Shown here piece by piece: positions 39,307 to 49,737 of a stretch of DNA of 64,000 bases. A program made the translations under genes and the position numbers. This stretch comes from an uncultured Flavobacteriaceae bacterium (GTDB taxonomy: Bacteria; Bacteroidota; Bacteroidia; Flavobacteriales; Flavobacteriaceae), in the NCBI GenBank assembly GCA_963793325.1, contig CAWBZU010000001.1:659314-723313 (forward strand), in the 5' to 3' direction. Position 1 is the stretch's first letter; each line of letters opens with the position of its first letter. The notes under the pieces were generated by a model. The model saw only the letters and a list, made by a program, of their open reading frames with translations. It was not told where the DNA came from and did not search any database.

Positions 39307-41964
39307 ATGATGGAAAATCGGATTACTTTAGTAGGAAATTACGGTAACATGTTGCGCGAAACCCGGACACATTCTAATGATTACCTTATAAAGCAGTTAC
39401 CAGTTTCAACGGTATTTGTAGATAAAAAATTTAAAATAATCCATGCATCGGACAGGTGGGTTACGGATTTCAACCTAACAAATAGCAATGTTATTGGAAG
39501 GTCATTGTTTGAGGTTTTTACGGATGTAAGCAAATCCTGGAAAAAAGATCTCAACCGGGTTCTAAAAGGCACATCCAGGCTAAGTGGCGTAGAAAACTTT
39601 TATAATACCCAAAACATGGAACAATGGTTTGAGTGGATAAATGTTCCCTGGTACGATGAGAAGGAAAATATTATTGGTGTAATCATCCAGACAAAAGATA
39701 TTTCCGATACGATCTTTGATGATATTAAATTGGAAAAACTAGAAATTCTGCTGAAGGACAAATCCAAAATTTCAAAAATTGGCAGTTGGGAATATAATGC
39801 TGTACAGGATAAATTGACCTGGTGCAAAAATACCAAAATAATTCATGAGATTCCTGAGGATTTTGAGCCCGATATTGATAGTGCTATTAATTTTTATAAG
39901 GAAGGTTATAGCAGAAACACCATAGCGATGGCAGTTGATAAAGCCATGTCCAAGGGGATAGCCTGGAGTGAAACTTTACAATTAATCACAGCTAAAGGAA
40001 AAGAAATTTCAGTGATAGCAGCCGGAAAACCTGTTTTTAAAGAAGATAAGTTTTTAGGGCTTATAGGTACTTTTCAGGATATCACAAATGAAGTATTAAC
40101 CAGGGTAAGGACTGAGGAGCAAGAACGTATTTTTCGCAGTATTTTTAACTCTTCATATCAGTTCACCGGTATATTGAATACGCAAGGTACTTTCCTGGAG
40201 GTTAATAATACTGCTCTGGAATTCTCAGATCTTAGGCCTGAGGATATCATTGATAAAAAATTTTGGGATGCCTATTGGTGGCCCATTCCGGATAGCGTAA
40301 AAGATGGGCTAAAGCAGATTATTGCTGCTGCAGCTCAGGGCGAGTTCATGCGCAGTGAGATCGTTGTTTTGGATAAAAACAAACACGCGGTGCCGGTAGA
40401 TTTTAGTCTAAAACCTATTTACAACGAAAAAAACGAGGTAGTGTCACTTTTGGCTGAAGGTCGTATGATCAAGGAAATGGTTGAGGCAAGGCAAAAACTG
40501 AAAATAAGTGAACAGAAATTCAGGTCCTTATATGAGCTGTCTCCAATTGCCTATATACTTAGTGATTATGAAACAGGGGAGATTCTGGATTTTAACAGTT
40601 CCTTTGAATCAGCAACAGCTTATTGCAAAGAAGACCTGCAAAATTTAAAGTATGCGGATATTGTACCTGATTCTTCCAGACATAAATTGAATAATTTCCT
40701 GAAAGAAGTGGATTCAAAAGGTACCTATGGCCCCTTTGAACATATGTTCGTTAAAAAGGATGGAACAGCCTATCCTGTTTTAATAAGTGGATCCCTTGTA
40801 GGAAATAAAAAAGGAAGAAAATTACTTTGGTCAACCGCACAGGACATCTCAGAAGTAAAGAAAAAGGAAAAACAAATCAGGGAAGAGCAAAAACTGCTTA
40901 AGACATTAATAGATAACTTACCCCTTAATGTATATATAAAAGATCTGGAATCCAGGAAAGTTCTAGTGAATAAATCAGAATTGGCTTACTGCGGGCGAAC
41001 AGAAGAAATGGAGGTTTTAGGGAAAAGTGATCATGAATTTTACGACGAAAAATCTGCTCAAATTTCCAGAGAAGAAGATCTGAGCGTAATAAATAATTTA
41101 AGTCCCATTCTTCGGAAAGAAACTATTAGTGTGAAAAAGGATGGAACACTAACAACATTTATGACTTCTAAAATTCCACTTATAGCCCCTGATGGTAAGG
41201 CCAGTGGTCTGATAGGCATAAGCATGGATATTTCTGACCTTAAACAACAGGAACAGGAACTTAGAGATCTTATAAATGTTACTTCTATACAAAACAAACA
41301 ATTAGTCAATTTTGCACACATCGTATCACATAATTTAAGATCTCATACGGCTAATTTTTCCATGCTGTTGGAGTTTCTGGCAGAAGAAAAGGATAAGAAT
41401 GAACAAGAAAATATAATAAAAATGCTCACTGAGGCTTCCGATAATTTGTTGGAAACACTGGACAACCTCAATGAGGTTGTAGCTATTAGTACCAACGTCA
41501 ACTTAGAAAAGATACCAATTAAAATAAACGAAAAAATAGCGGCTGCCGAGCAAAATTTAGCGGCATTTCTAAAAAAGAACAATGCTCAAATAATCAATGA
41601 AATTCCGGATGATACCTGTATTAGGGTCATCCCCGCTTATATTGACAGTATAATTATGAACTTCATCACCAATGCTGTAAAGTACAAGCACGGTCAACGG
41701 GATCCGGTGATCAAGTTGACGGTATCTAAAAATGAGAAATACACTATTTTAAGTATAGCAGATAACGGCCTGGGTATTGATTTGAATAAATACGGAGAAA
41801 AATTATTTGGTATGTACAAAACTTTCCATGACAACTCCGATGCAAGGGGCATAGGTCTCTACATTACCAAAAATCAGATAGAGGCCATGAATGGCAAGAT
41901 AATGGCTTGCAGTAAAGTGGGCATGGGAACTACATTTAACATATATTTTAATGATAAAGCTTAA
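39307..41964 (+). CDS. Cytoplasmic multi-PAS sensor histidine kinase
   Basis: 885 aa with no TM segment and several PAS-like repeats. It has an H-box FAHIVSHNLRSH and HATPase N/G boxes (ITNAVKY, DNGLGID, GIGLYITKNQ). Confidence 0.87.
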   Translation: MMENRITLVGNYGNMLRETRTHSNDYLIKQLPVSTVFVDKKFKIIHASDRWVTDFNLTNSNVIGRSLFEVFTDVSKSWKKDLNRVLKGTSRLSGVENFYNTQNMEQWFEWINVPWYDEKENIIGVIIQTKDISDTIFDDIKLEKLEILLKDKSKISKIGSWEYNAVQDKLTWCKNTKIIHEIPEDFEPDIDSAINFYKEGYSRNTIAMAVDKAMSKGIAWSETLQLITAKGKEISVIAAGKPVFKEDKFLGLIGTFQDITNEVLTRVRTEEQERIFRSIFNSSYQFTGILNTQGTFLEVNNTALEFSDLRPEDIIDKKFWDAYWWPIPDSVKDGLKQIIAAAAQGEFMRSEIVVLDKNKHAVPVDFSLKPIYNEKNEVVSLLAEGRMIKEMVEARQKLKISEQKFRSLYELSPIAYILSDYETGEILDFNSSFESATAYCKEDLQNLKYADIVPDSSRHKLNNFLKEVDSKGTYGPFEHMFVKKDGTAYPVLISGSLVGNKKGRKLLWSTAQDISEVKKKEKQIREEQKLLKTLIDNLPLNVYIKDLESRKVLVNKSELAYCGRTEEMEVLGKSDHEFYDEKSAQISREEDLSVINNLSPILRKETISVKKDGTLTTFMTSKIPLIAPDGKASGLIGISMDISDLKQQEQELRDLINVTSIQNKQLVNFAHIVSHNLRSHTANFSMLLEFLAEEKDKNEQENIIKMLTEASDNLLETLDNLNEVVAISTNVNLEKIPIKINEKIAAAEQNLAAFLKKNNAQIINEIPDDTCIRVIPAYIDSIIMNFITNAVKYKHGQRDPVIKLTVSKNEKYTILSIADNGLGIDLNKYGEKLFGMYKTFHDNSDARGIGLYITKNQIEAMNGKIMACSKVGMGTTFNIYFNDKA

Positions 41965-42355
41965 TTCAATAGCCATAATCGATGATGATCCAATAACCGT
42001 ATTTGGAATTAAAAGGATGCTTAGTTCCCTAAATGTAAGTAAGAACATAAATTGTTATATAAATGGGAAAGAAGCCATTGAAGATTTTAAAAGCATTTTG
42101 AAACGCAATGAAAAAGTCCCGGAGGTTGTGTTTTTGGATATAAACATGCCCATAATGGATGGATGGCAATTTCTTGAGGAATTCATTATATTACCCATTG
42201 CCCATAAAATAAGGATTAATATTTTAACTTCATCAATTGATCCGAAAGATAGGGAAAACTGGAAATACTATATGTCCAGGACACACCACATCCTAGATTA
42301 CAAAAACAAGCCCATACAAAAGAAAGAAATAGAAGAAATTACTAAGGCCGCTTAG
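41951..42355 (+). CDS. Single-domain response regulator (receiver only)
   Basis: 134 aa with IAIIDDDP, the phospho-acceptor context VVFLDINMPIMDGWQF, and a KP motif. It overlaps the kinase gene by 14 nt. Confidence 0.87.
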   Translation: MIKLNSIAIIDDDPITVFGIKRMLSSLNVSKNINCYINGKEAIEDFKSILKRNEKVPEVVFLDINMPIMDGWQFLEEFIILPIAHKIRINILTSSIDPKDRENWKYYMSRTHHILDYKNKPIQKKEIEEITKAA

Positions 42356-42421
42356 ATTAGTAGACGGAAATTTGTTTAATTTTGGAAGGAGGGATTCATT
42401 AGATTCTTTATTTCCAGCTTC

Positions 42422-44179
42422 ATGAAACGCCTTTTAGTATTACTTTTATTTGCATCACTTATTTCTTGCAAAAATAAAAAAGAAGACAAAAAAACCGAAT
42501 TCATAACACATTTTGAATCCTCGGATGGGAAAGAAACGCCAACTTATTCAGAGACTATAGAGTTCTATATGGCTTTGGCCAAAGAATTTCCCGAAATTAA
42601 TATTCAAACTGTAGGTGAAACGGATAGTGGATATCCACTTCATGTAGTGACCTACAACCCGGACGGAGACTTCAATTTTAAGAAAATAGGACAAAAAAAG
42701 ACTGTAATATTGATTAATAATGGGATTCACCCGGGTGAAAGTGACGGGATTGATGCTAGTATGCTTTTATTTAGGGATCTTGGAATTGAAAAATTACAGA
42801 CCCCTAAAAATGTGGTCCTGGTTACCATCCCAATCTACAATATAGGTGGTGCTCTTAATCGCAATTCAACCTCAAGAGTAAATCAGAATGGGCCTGAGGC
42901 TTATGGCTTTCGCGGAAATTCCAGAAATTATGATCTCAACAGGGATTTTATAAAAAATGACACCAGGAATGGGCGGACATTCGCCAAAATTTTCCATTTG
43001 GTGAAACCGGATATATTTATAGATAACCATGTAAGTAATGGAGCAGACTATCAATATACCCTAACACATATATTTACCCAGCACGATAAATTAGGAAATA
43101 AAATTGGTGAGTATTTACATCGTGAATTTACACCCATTATAAAAACTTCGCTTATGGATGAAGGATGGGATATTACTCCATTTGTCAATGTGTATAACCA
43201 GGTTCCTGAAAATGGATTCTCCCAATTTATGGACCTTCCCAGATATTCTACTGGATACACCGCGCTCTGGAATACCCTGGGGATGATGCTGGAAACACAT
43301 ATGTTCAAACCATACGAGCAAAGAGTAAAAGGCACCTATACATTTTTAAAAAATGTTATGATTATTGCAGAAGCTCAAAGTAAAACAATAAAGGAAATTC
43401 GAAATCAAGTACAAGTCGGGAGAAAAGATTGGGAGTACTATCCATTATCCTGGAAAATAGATTCCACTCGCACAACTACGTTGAATTTTAAAGGTTATGA
43501 AGCAGACACTATTGAAAGTCAGATAACGGGCCTGCCAAGACTAAAATATGACCGTAACAGGCCATTTGAAAAAGAAGTCCCCTACTTTAATTACTTTGTC
43601 CCTAAAGATTCTGTGAAAATTCCTGAGGCATACATTTTACGTAAGGCCTGGAAAGAGGTTATAGATCTAATGGATTTAAACGGAATTATATATTCAATAG
43701 TAAAGGAGGACACCTTACAAATAGCAGAGGTCTATAAAATAAAAGATTTTAAAACCAGAGATAATGCCTATGAAGGACATTATCCGCATTTCGACACAGA
43801 GGTATCGTCCTCGAGCCAACTCTTGACAATTAATGCCGGAGATTATATAATTCCTACTGATCAGGAGGGAATCAGATATATTTTGGAAACCCTCGAACCT
43901 GCAGCTGTAGATTCTTTTTTCAATTGGAATTTTTTTGATCCTATTTTACAACGGAAAGAAGGGTTCTCTCCCTACGTATTCGAGGATCTTGCAATTGAAA
44001 TATTAGATAACAATGCCCGCCTTCGGGAGAGTTTTGAATTTAAGAAAGAGATGGATCAAGCCTTTAGTCAAAATTCTAATGGCCAATTGCAATGGATTTA
44101 TGAGCACTCGAAATATTATGAAACTTCGCATTTACAATATCCCGTATACCGCATTCCCAAGGATACGGTTATAAAGTAA
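42422..44179 (+). CDS. M14 family zinc carboxypeptidase-like lipoprotein
   Basis: 585 aa with a lipobox (FASLISCKN) and the zinc motif GIHPGESDG. The C-terminal half has unknown function. Confidence 0.75.
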   Translation: MKRLLVLLLFASLISCKNKKEDKKTEFITHFESSDGKETPTYSETIEFYMALAKEFPEINIQTVGETDSGYPLHVVTYNPDGDFNFKKIGQKKTVILINNGIHPGESDGIDASMLLFRDLGIEKLQTPKNVVLVTIPIYNIGGALNRNSTSRVNQNGPEAYGFRGNSRNYDLNRDFIKNDTRNGRTFAKIFHLVKPDIFIDNHVSNGADYQYTLTHIFTQHDKLGNKIGEYLHREFTPIIKTSLMDEGWDITPFVNVYNQVPENGFSQFMDLPRYSTGYTALWNTLGMMLETHMFKPYEQRVKGTYTFLKNVMIIAEAQSKTIKEIRNQVQVGRKDWEYYPLSWKIDSTRTTTLNFKGYEADTIESQITGLPRLKYDRNRPFEKEVPYFNYFVPKDSVKIPEAYILRKAWKEVIDLMDLNGIIYSIVKEDTLQIAEVYKIKDFKTRDNAYEGHYPHFDTEVSSSSQLLTINAGDYIIPTDQEGIRYILETLEPAAVDSFFNWNFFDPILQRKEGFSPYVFEDLAIEILDNNARLRESFEFKKEMDQAFSQNSNGQLQWIYEHSKYYETSHLQYPVYRIPKDTVIK

Positions 44180-44186
44180 ATAGCGG

Positions 44187-44774
44187 CTAATCTGCAAATA
44201 GTGATCTGATATTGGTATAGGAATTTTCCAGGGCTTTCTGAATTTGCCGGGGCCCCTTCCACTTCACTTTTTCAATCCCTTCATTTTTTTGCCCTATTAA
44301 TTCTCCCTTGTAAGTAGTTTTCATAGCATACCAATGAACTTCCTTGAGCCTATAAGTGCCATTTTTTTTGAAAATGTGGTAAGTAGTCCGCAGAAAATTT
44401 TCAATCTTCAACCCCTTTACGCCTGTTTCTTCCTCAACTTCCCTAAGTGCACATTCTTCAATGGACTCCCCTTTTTCCAGTTTACCTTTGGGCAGGTCCC
44501 ATTTATCATTTCTATATATGAAAAGAACTTTTCCTTTTTTGTTTGTCACCACACCACCTCCTGCAATTTCCAATGGGATTTTTTTGGTAAACTTTTTTAG
44601 AATTTCCTCGTGATTAGGATGGTAGATAAATGCCCGTTCTATCTTTTTCTTGGACAATGCATCTATTGCAGAATTAATAGCATCGCCATTTAACATAAAG
44701 TATTCACCATTCACGGTGTCTGAGAGTTTGTTTGTTAAAATCAAAGGGGAATCTTTAACAAAAACTTTATACAT
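44187..44774 (-). CDS. NUDIX hydrolase
   Basis: Nudix box GKLEKGESIEECALREVEEETG. The ATG at 44774 is preferred; the ORF-track start at 44801 is a GTG that would overlap pyrE. Confidence 0.82.
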   Translation of the reverse strand: MYKVFVKDSPLILTNKLSDTVNGEYFMLNGDAINSAIDALSKKKIERAFIYHPNHEEILKKFTKKIPLEIAGGGVVTNKKGKVLFIYRNDKWDLPKGKLEKGESIEECALREVEEETGVKGLKIENFLRTTYHIFKKNGTYRLKEVHWYAMKTTYKGELIGQKNEGIEKVKWKGPRQIQKALENSYTNIRSLFAD

Positions 44775-44781
44775 TTGTGAA

Positions 44782-45423
44782 ATGGTTTTAGACAAGAACA
44801 CTGCCGCAAAAACGGCCGAACTACTTCTGCAAATTAATGCAATAAAGTTGAAACCAGAAAATCCTTTTTCATGGGCCTCCGGATGGAAATCTCCAATTTA
44901 TTGTGACAACAGGATAATCCTGTCTTATCCGGATATCAGAAATTATATACGGGAACAAATTGCGGCACAACTTGTGGCCTTATATGGAAAGCCGGATGTA
45001 ATTGCTGGTGTGGCTACCGGGGCAATTGGTATTGGGATGCTTGTTGCCGATTATCTGGGATTACCTTTTATTTATGTCAGGCCTGAAGCCAAATCACACG
45101 GGAGACAAAATCAAATTGAAGGACAATTAACGAAGAACCAGACTGTTGTTGTTATTGAAGACCTTATAAGTACAGGAAAAAGCAGCTTAAATGCTGTAGA
45201 AGCTTTAAAACTTAATGGGGCCGTCGTAAAAGGCATGCTTGCCATCTTTACGTATGGTTTTAGTATAGCTGAAAAGAATTTTAAAGATCAGGGCATTGAA
45301 CTTCATACGCTTAGCACTTATGATTACCTTATAAAGCAGGCCTCTGCCAGTAAGTATGTAAAGGAGGACCAGCTAGAAACATTAATTGAATGGAGAAACA
45401 ATCCTTCAGGATGGAAATTATAG
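44782..45423 (+). CDS. pyrE: Orotate phosphoribosyltransferase
   Basis: MVLDKNTAAKTAELLLQINAIKLKPENPFSWASGWKSPIYCDNR, with the PRPP motif VVVIEDLISTGKS. The ATG at 44782 is preferred over the ORF-track TTG at 44650. Confidence 0.93.
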   Translation: MVLDKNTAAKTAELLLQINAIKLKPENPFSWASGWKSPIYCDNRIILSYPDIRNYIREQIAAQLVALYGKPDVIAGVATGAIGIGMLVADYLGLPFIYVRPEAKSHGRQNQIEGQLTKNQTVVVIEDLISTGKSSLNAVEALKLNGAVVKGMLAIFTYGFSIAEKNFKDQGIELHTLSTYDYLIKQASASKYVKEDQLETLIEWRNNPSGWKL

Positions 45424-45427
45424 AACA

Positions 45428-45820
45428 ATGGAAATAGGAACAGAAAAGAAAACCGTATCGAAAAATATAAGGGATGTTTATGATTTTGTCACTGATCTTA
45501 AAAATTTTGAACAATTGATGCCCGATAGTATTGACAAATTTGAAGTTTTGGACAACGACACTTTCTTATTTGCTCTTAAAGGAATGCCACAAATAGTTCT
45601 CAAAAGAAAAAGTCAGCAGCCTTTTAATAAATTGGTGTTGGCGGCGGCTAGTGATAAATTGCCATTTACACTTACTGTGGATATTGATTCTAAAAACGAT
45701 AAAGAAACGGATGTAATGTTAAGTTTTGAAGGAGAGTTTAACGCTATGATGGCCATGATGATAAAAACACCCATTACTAATTTTATGAACGCACTATCAG
45801 ATAATTTAAGCGAAATTTAA
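45428..45820 (+). CDS. SRPBCC (START/polyketide-cyclase-like) family protein
   Basis: 130 aa from the ATG at 45428 (MEIGTEKKTVSKNIRDVYDFVTDLKNFEQLMP...). The N-terminal pattern is typical of SRPBCC proteins. Weak call. Confidence 0.5.
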   Translation: MEIGTEKKTVSKNIRDVYDFVTDLKNFEQLMPDSIDKFEVLDNDTFLFALKGMPQIVLKRKSQQPFNKLVLAAASDKLPFTLTVDIDSKNDKETDVMLSFEGEFNAMMAMMIKTPITNFMNALSDNLSEI

Positions 45821-45863
45821 GCACACCTTCATGCGTTTTAAAGAGAAACATTAGAAATAAATT

Positions 45864-46595
45864 TTAGTACAGCAGCTCTAATTCCTTGAATGTAAATTGC
45901 TTTAAGACGCAATCTTCCAATTCCACTACTAATTTGCCTTCTGTTGAGATTCCTCGAATATATCCGGCAATCAAATTAGAATCGCTGTCTTTGAAGGTAG
46001 ATGGTTTGTCTTTTCTGAATAACAGTGATTCGTATTGCTTGCGAAGCTCATCTACTTTTTTAAATTCAATTTCTTCAAAAATAATTTTAAGGTGTAATAC
46101 AATTGATGAGAGTACTTCATCAAGGTTAAAATTCCTGCCTTTAATTTTCTTCAGGGAAGATGCTGTTTTTAAATTTCCAAAATCTAATTGATTAACATTC
46201 AATCCAATGCCAATAACAGAAGATTTAATATTATCATTCTTCAGGTTATTTTCAATAAGAATACCGCATATCTTAAAACTACCTGACAGAATGTCGTTAG
46301 GCCATTTAATATACAAATTTGGAACAAATAATTTTTTAAGAGTATTATAAACGGCTAATGAAGTAATTATGTTTAATAAAAATTGATCCTGAATCCGGAA
46401 GTTATCAAAATACTTTAAAACACTAAAAGTTAGGTTTTTACCTGCTTCAGATTCCCATTGTGTCGCCATTTGTCCCCTACCGTTCAACTGCTCATTCGCA
46501 ATGACTATCGTAAAATCCTCAGGCTTTTCAGAAAGCATTAAATTCTTCATGTAGGCATTTGTAGAATCCGTGGCATCAAGTTTGATCATTCGCAT
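45864..46595 (-). CDS. birA: Biotin--[acetyl-CoA-carboxylase] ligase (group I, no HTH)
   Basis: 243 aa with the GRGQMATQWES motif (GRGRxGRxW type) and KWPNDI. Confidence 0.85.
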   Translation of the reverse strand: MRMIKLDATDSTNAYMKNLMLSEKPEDFTIVIANEQLNGRGQMATQWESEAGKNLTFSVLKYFDNFRIQDQFLLNIITSLAVYNTLKKLFVPNLYIKWPNDILSGSFKICGILIENNLKNDNIKSSVIGIGLNVNQLDFGNLKTASSLKKIKGRNFNLDEVLSSIVLHLKIIFEEIEFKKVDELRKQYESLLFRKDKPSTFKDSDSNLIAGYIRGISTEGKLVVELEDCVLKQFTFKELELLY

Positions 46596-46689
46596 ATAGG
46601 CTCCCTGGTTTTTGATCTACAATGTTATGTTAAAAACAATAGCTAAGAAAACAAAAAAACAATAACTTTGCACAAATTAAAATTTTTGA

Positions 46690-47067
46690 ATGCAGAAAAG
46701 GAAAGCTAGCGCAGATGAGTTGATTACCTTAATCTTAGATGGAATAGAAGAAGTTAAAGGACTCGAAATAAATGTACTTGACTTAAGGGAAATAGAGAAT
46801 ACTGTTTGTGACTACTTCGTAATTTGTAATGGCACTTCTAATACGCATGTAAATGCGATAGTAAATTCAATCCAAAAAACAGTAAGTAAGGCATCAAAAG
46901 ACAAACCATGGCATATAGAAGGTTCTGAAAATGCGGAATGGGTATTGTTGGACTATGTTAATATTGTTGTTCATGTATTTCAAAAACATATACGAGAATT
47001 TTATGATGTGGAGGGACTTTGGGGAGACGCAAAGGTCACTATGGTAGAAAGCAGCTTTAATCAGTAA
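46690..47067 (+). CDS. rsfS: Ribosome silencing factor RsfS
   Basis: 125 aa with DYFVICNGTSNTHVNAI and WVLLDYVNIVVHVF blocks. Confidence 0.87.
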   Translation: MQKRKASADELITLILDGIEEVKGLEINVLDLREIENTVCDYFVICNGTSNTHVNAIVNSIQKTVSKASKDKPWHIEGSENAEWVLLDYVNIVVHVFQKHIREFYDVEGLWGDAKVTMVESSFNQ

Positions 47068-47075
47068 AAAAAACA

Positions 47076-49067
47076 ATGGCAAAAGATAACAATACCCCGC
47101 AAAAGAAACCTAGATTCAGTTCCTGGTGGATATATGGATTAATTGCAATATTCTTAATTGCTTTCCAATTTTTTGGTAGTGATAATCTGGCTTCAACCAA
47201 GAAAACCACTACTTCTGAGCTTCAGGAATACCTTAGAAATGGAGACATTACCAAGATTTTGATTATCACCAATACCAATCAGGCTAAAGTTTTCTTATCC
47301 GATGAAGCGCTCGCAAAAGATGTCCATAGAGACGTGGCTGAGAAACCATTGTTTCCTTCAACAGGCTCTATTCCCCAATATGTTTTGGATTATGGTGATT
47401 TACAGATATTTCAAAATGAGATTACAGAAATAAAAAAGGAGAACAACTTAGACACCATAGTAGAATTTGATAAAGAGTCTAATGTTTTTATGGAACTCTT
47501 GTTGTCCATACTTCCTTTTGTTCTGATTATTGGTATATGGATTTATCTGATGCGCAGAATGTCCGGAGGTGCCGGAGGAGGTGCCGGGGGTCAAATCTTT
47601 AATATTGGAAAATCCAAAGCGAAATTATTTGATGAAAAAACAGATACCAGGACTTCTTTTAAAGATGTTGCCGGTTTGGAAGGTGCCAAGGAAGAGGTCG
47701 AAGAAATAGTAGAATTCCTGAAGTTCCCTGATAAGTTTACTTCCTTAGGAGGTAAAATCCCTAAAGGAGCTTTATTGGTAGGACCTCCCGGTACTGGAAA
47801 AACATTACTTGCAAAAGCCGTTGCGGGTGAGGCAAAAGTTCCCTTTTTCTCGCTATCCGGATCAGATTTTGTTGAAATGTTTGTTGGTGTGGGTGCATCA
47901 AGGGTTAGGGACCTGTTTAAACAGGCAAAAGACAAATCTCCGGCGATTATTTTTATCGATGAAATTGATGCCATAGGAAGAGCAAGGGGTAAAAACAATT
48001 TCACAGGATCCAATGACGAACGAGAAAATACCTTAAACCAGTTATTAACCGAAATGGATGGTTTTGGCACAAATACCAATGTTATTGTATTGGCCGCTAC
48101 CAACCGTGCTGATGTTTTGGATAAAGCTTTAATGCGAGCAGGTAGATTTGACAGACAGATTTATGTGGATCTTCCGGATATCCGGGAAAGAAAAGAAATA
48201 TTTGAAGTACACCTTAGGCCAATAAAAACTTCTGAAACACTGGATCTTGATTTTCTGGCCAGGCAAACACCCGGTTTTTCAGGGGCAGATATAGCGAACG
48301 TCTGCAATGAGGCTGCACTTATTGCCGCCCGGAAAGAAAAAAAAGCTGTTGGTAAGCAGGACTTCCTGGATGCAGTAGACCGAATAGTTGGCGGACTTGA
48401 AAAAAAGAATAAAATTATTACGCTGGAGGAAAAAAGAACCATTGCCTATCATGAGGCGGGCCATGCAACTGTAAGCTGGATGCTGGAACACGCTGCCCCA
48501 TTGGTTAAAGTAACAATTGTACCAAGAGGACAATCTCTGGGCTCAGCATGGTATTTGCCCGAAGAGCGCCTTATTGTTCGCCCCGAACAAATGAAAGATG
48601 AAATGTGCGCTACTTTAGGCGGCAGGGCTGCAGAAAAAGTCATATTCAACAGAATTTCTACCGGGGCGCTAAGCGATTTGGAAAAAGTAACCAAGCAGGC
48701 ACGAGCAATGGTTACCATTTATGGCCTTAATGAAGAAATTGGAAATCTTACCTACTATGACTCCTCCGGTCAAAATGAATATGGTTTTACTAAACCGTAT
48801 AGTGAAGAAACTGCCCGGGTGATTGATGAGGAAATTTCAAAATTAATTGAAGAGCAATATAAAAGGGCTATTGAAGTGCTGAAAAAAAATAAAGATAAAC
48901 TTACAGAATTAGCCGAACGCTTATTGGAAAAAGAAGTTATCTTTAAAGAGGATTTAGCTAAAATTTTCGGCGAGAGACCTTTTGAAAAAGAGTTTGATAA
49001 AAAAGGTCAGGAAATAGTTGGTGCTGATAAGCTTACACCTGAAGAATCTACTGAAGAAAATAAATAG
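47076..49067 (+). CDS. ftsH: ATP-dependent zinc metalloprotease FtsH
   Basis: 663 aa with two TM helices, Walker A GPPGTGKT, an SRH, and the zinc motif HEAGHA. Confidence 0.98.
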   Translation: MAKDNNTPQKKPRFSSWWIYGLIAIFLIAFQFFGSDNLASTKKTTTSELQEYLRNGDITKILIITNTNQAKVFLSDEALAKDVHRDVAEKPLFPSTGSIPQYVLDYGDLQIFQNEITEIKKENNLDTIVEFDKESNVFMELLLSILPFVLIIGIWIYLMRRMSGGAGGGAGGQIFNIGKSKAKLFDEKTDTRTSFKDVAGLEGAKEEVEEIVEFLKFPDKFTSLGGKIPKGALLVGPPGTGKTLLAKAVAGEAKVPFFSLSGSDFVEMFVGVGASRVRDLFKQAKDKSPAIIFIDEIDAIGRARGKNNFTGSNDERENTLNQLLTEMDGFGTNTNVIVLAATNRADVLDKALMRAGRFDRQIYVDLPDIRERKEIFEVHLRPIKTSETLDLDFLARQTPGFSGADIANVCNEAALIAARKEKKAVGKQDFLDAVDRIVGGLEKKNKIITLEEKRTIAYHEAGHATVSWMLEHAAPLVKVTIVPRGQSLGSAWYLPEERLIVRPEQMKDEMCATLGGRAAEKVIFNRISTGALSDLEKVTKQARAMVTIYGLNEEIGNLTYYDSSGQNEYGFTKPYSEETARVIDEEISKLIEEQYKRAIEVLKKNKDKLTELAERLLEKEVIFKEDLAKIFGERPFEKEFDKKGQEIVGADKLTPEESTEENK

Positions 49068-49124
49068 TAATTCTAAACGTTGTTTTTTAAATAATCTAGC
49101 ATTATTTGAAGCCTAAATATATCG

Positions 49125-49736
49125 ATGGGTCTATTTGACAAGCTATTTGGTGGTGGTAAAAAGAAAGTTTCCAAAGAAACTGCGGAAACCAGGGGCATGC
49201 ATATGCCTGACCTGAATATTCCTGTTGATGAGAAGTTTACAATTCATTTTAAAAAGAATGGCGGTAAATTCATTTATTGTGATTCTTTTGATGAAGTTTC
49301 AGAAGCTTTAAAAAATATAATTGAGGAAAATCAATGGGAGGAACTTCCCTTCTTTGTAATGAATCCGAGGTTAGAGGAAAAATTTTCTAAATCCAATTTA
49401 AATTTTACTGAAAAGTCAAAAGACAGTAATATCTTTTTTACTACTTGTGAACATTTAGTTGCCCAAAACGGATCTATTCTGGTGTGCTCAAATCAACTTA
49501 AAGAAAAGAAACTTTCTGAGGTGCCGGATAATGTGATTGTTTATGCAACCACAAGTCAGTTGGTTGACACAATAGGAGAGGGTTTAAAAACTATCAAAAA
49601 AAAATATAAACAAGGTATCCCTGCCAATATTACTACAATTAAACATTTTCAGGGTACTGAAGAAAACGCCAATGATTTTCTAACCTACGGTAGCAGCACA
49701 AAACATTTGTACTTATTACTTATGGAAGACCTTTAG
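49125..49736 (+). CDS. LUD domain (LutC/YkgG-like) protein
   Basis: 203 aa. It resembles LutC-like proteins that commonly sit between ftsH and cdsA in Bacteroidota. Recalled similarity only. Confidence 0.55.
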   Translation: MGLFDKLFGGGKKKVSKETAETRGMHMPDLNIPVDEKFTIHFKKNGGKFIYCDSFDEVSEALKNIIEENQWEELPFFVMNPRLEEKFSKSNLNFTEKSKDSNIFFTTCEHLVAQNGSILVCSNQLKEKKLSEVPDNVIVYATTSQLVDTIGEGLKTIKKKYKQGIPANITTIKHFQGTEENANDFLTYGSSTKHLYLLLMEDL

Positions 49737-49737
49737 C

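Noticed and set aside
42386-42393. An AAGGAGGG sequence upstream of the M14 peptidase gene, as a second Shine-Dalgarno candidate.
   Set aside because: It lies 28 nt from the ATG at 42422, too far to act as an SD. It is probably fortuitous.
44650-44781. The ORF-track 5' extension of pyrE starting at a TTG.
   Set aside because: It runs antisense through the NUDIX hydrolase N-terminus. The OPRTase homology begins at the ATG at 44782.
47591-48103. A 170-aa minus-strand ORF inside ftsH, and similar antisense ORFs at 48161..48718.
   Set aside because: These are antisense to the conserved AAA+ module of ftsH, and their composition is typical of shadow frames.
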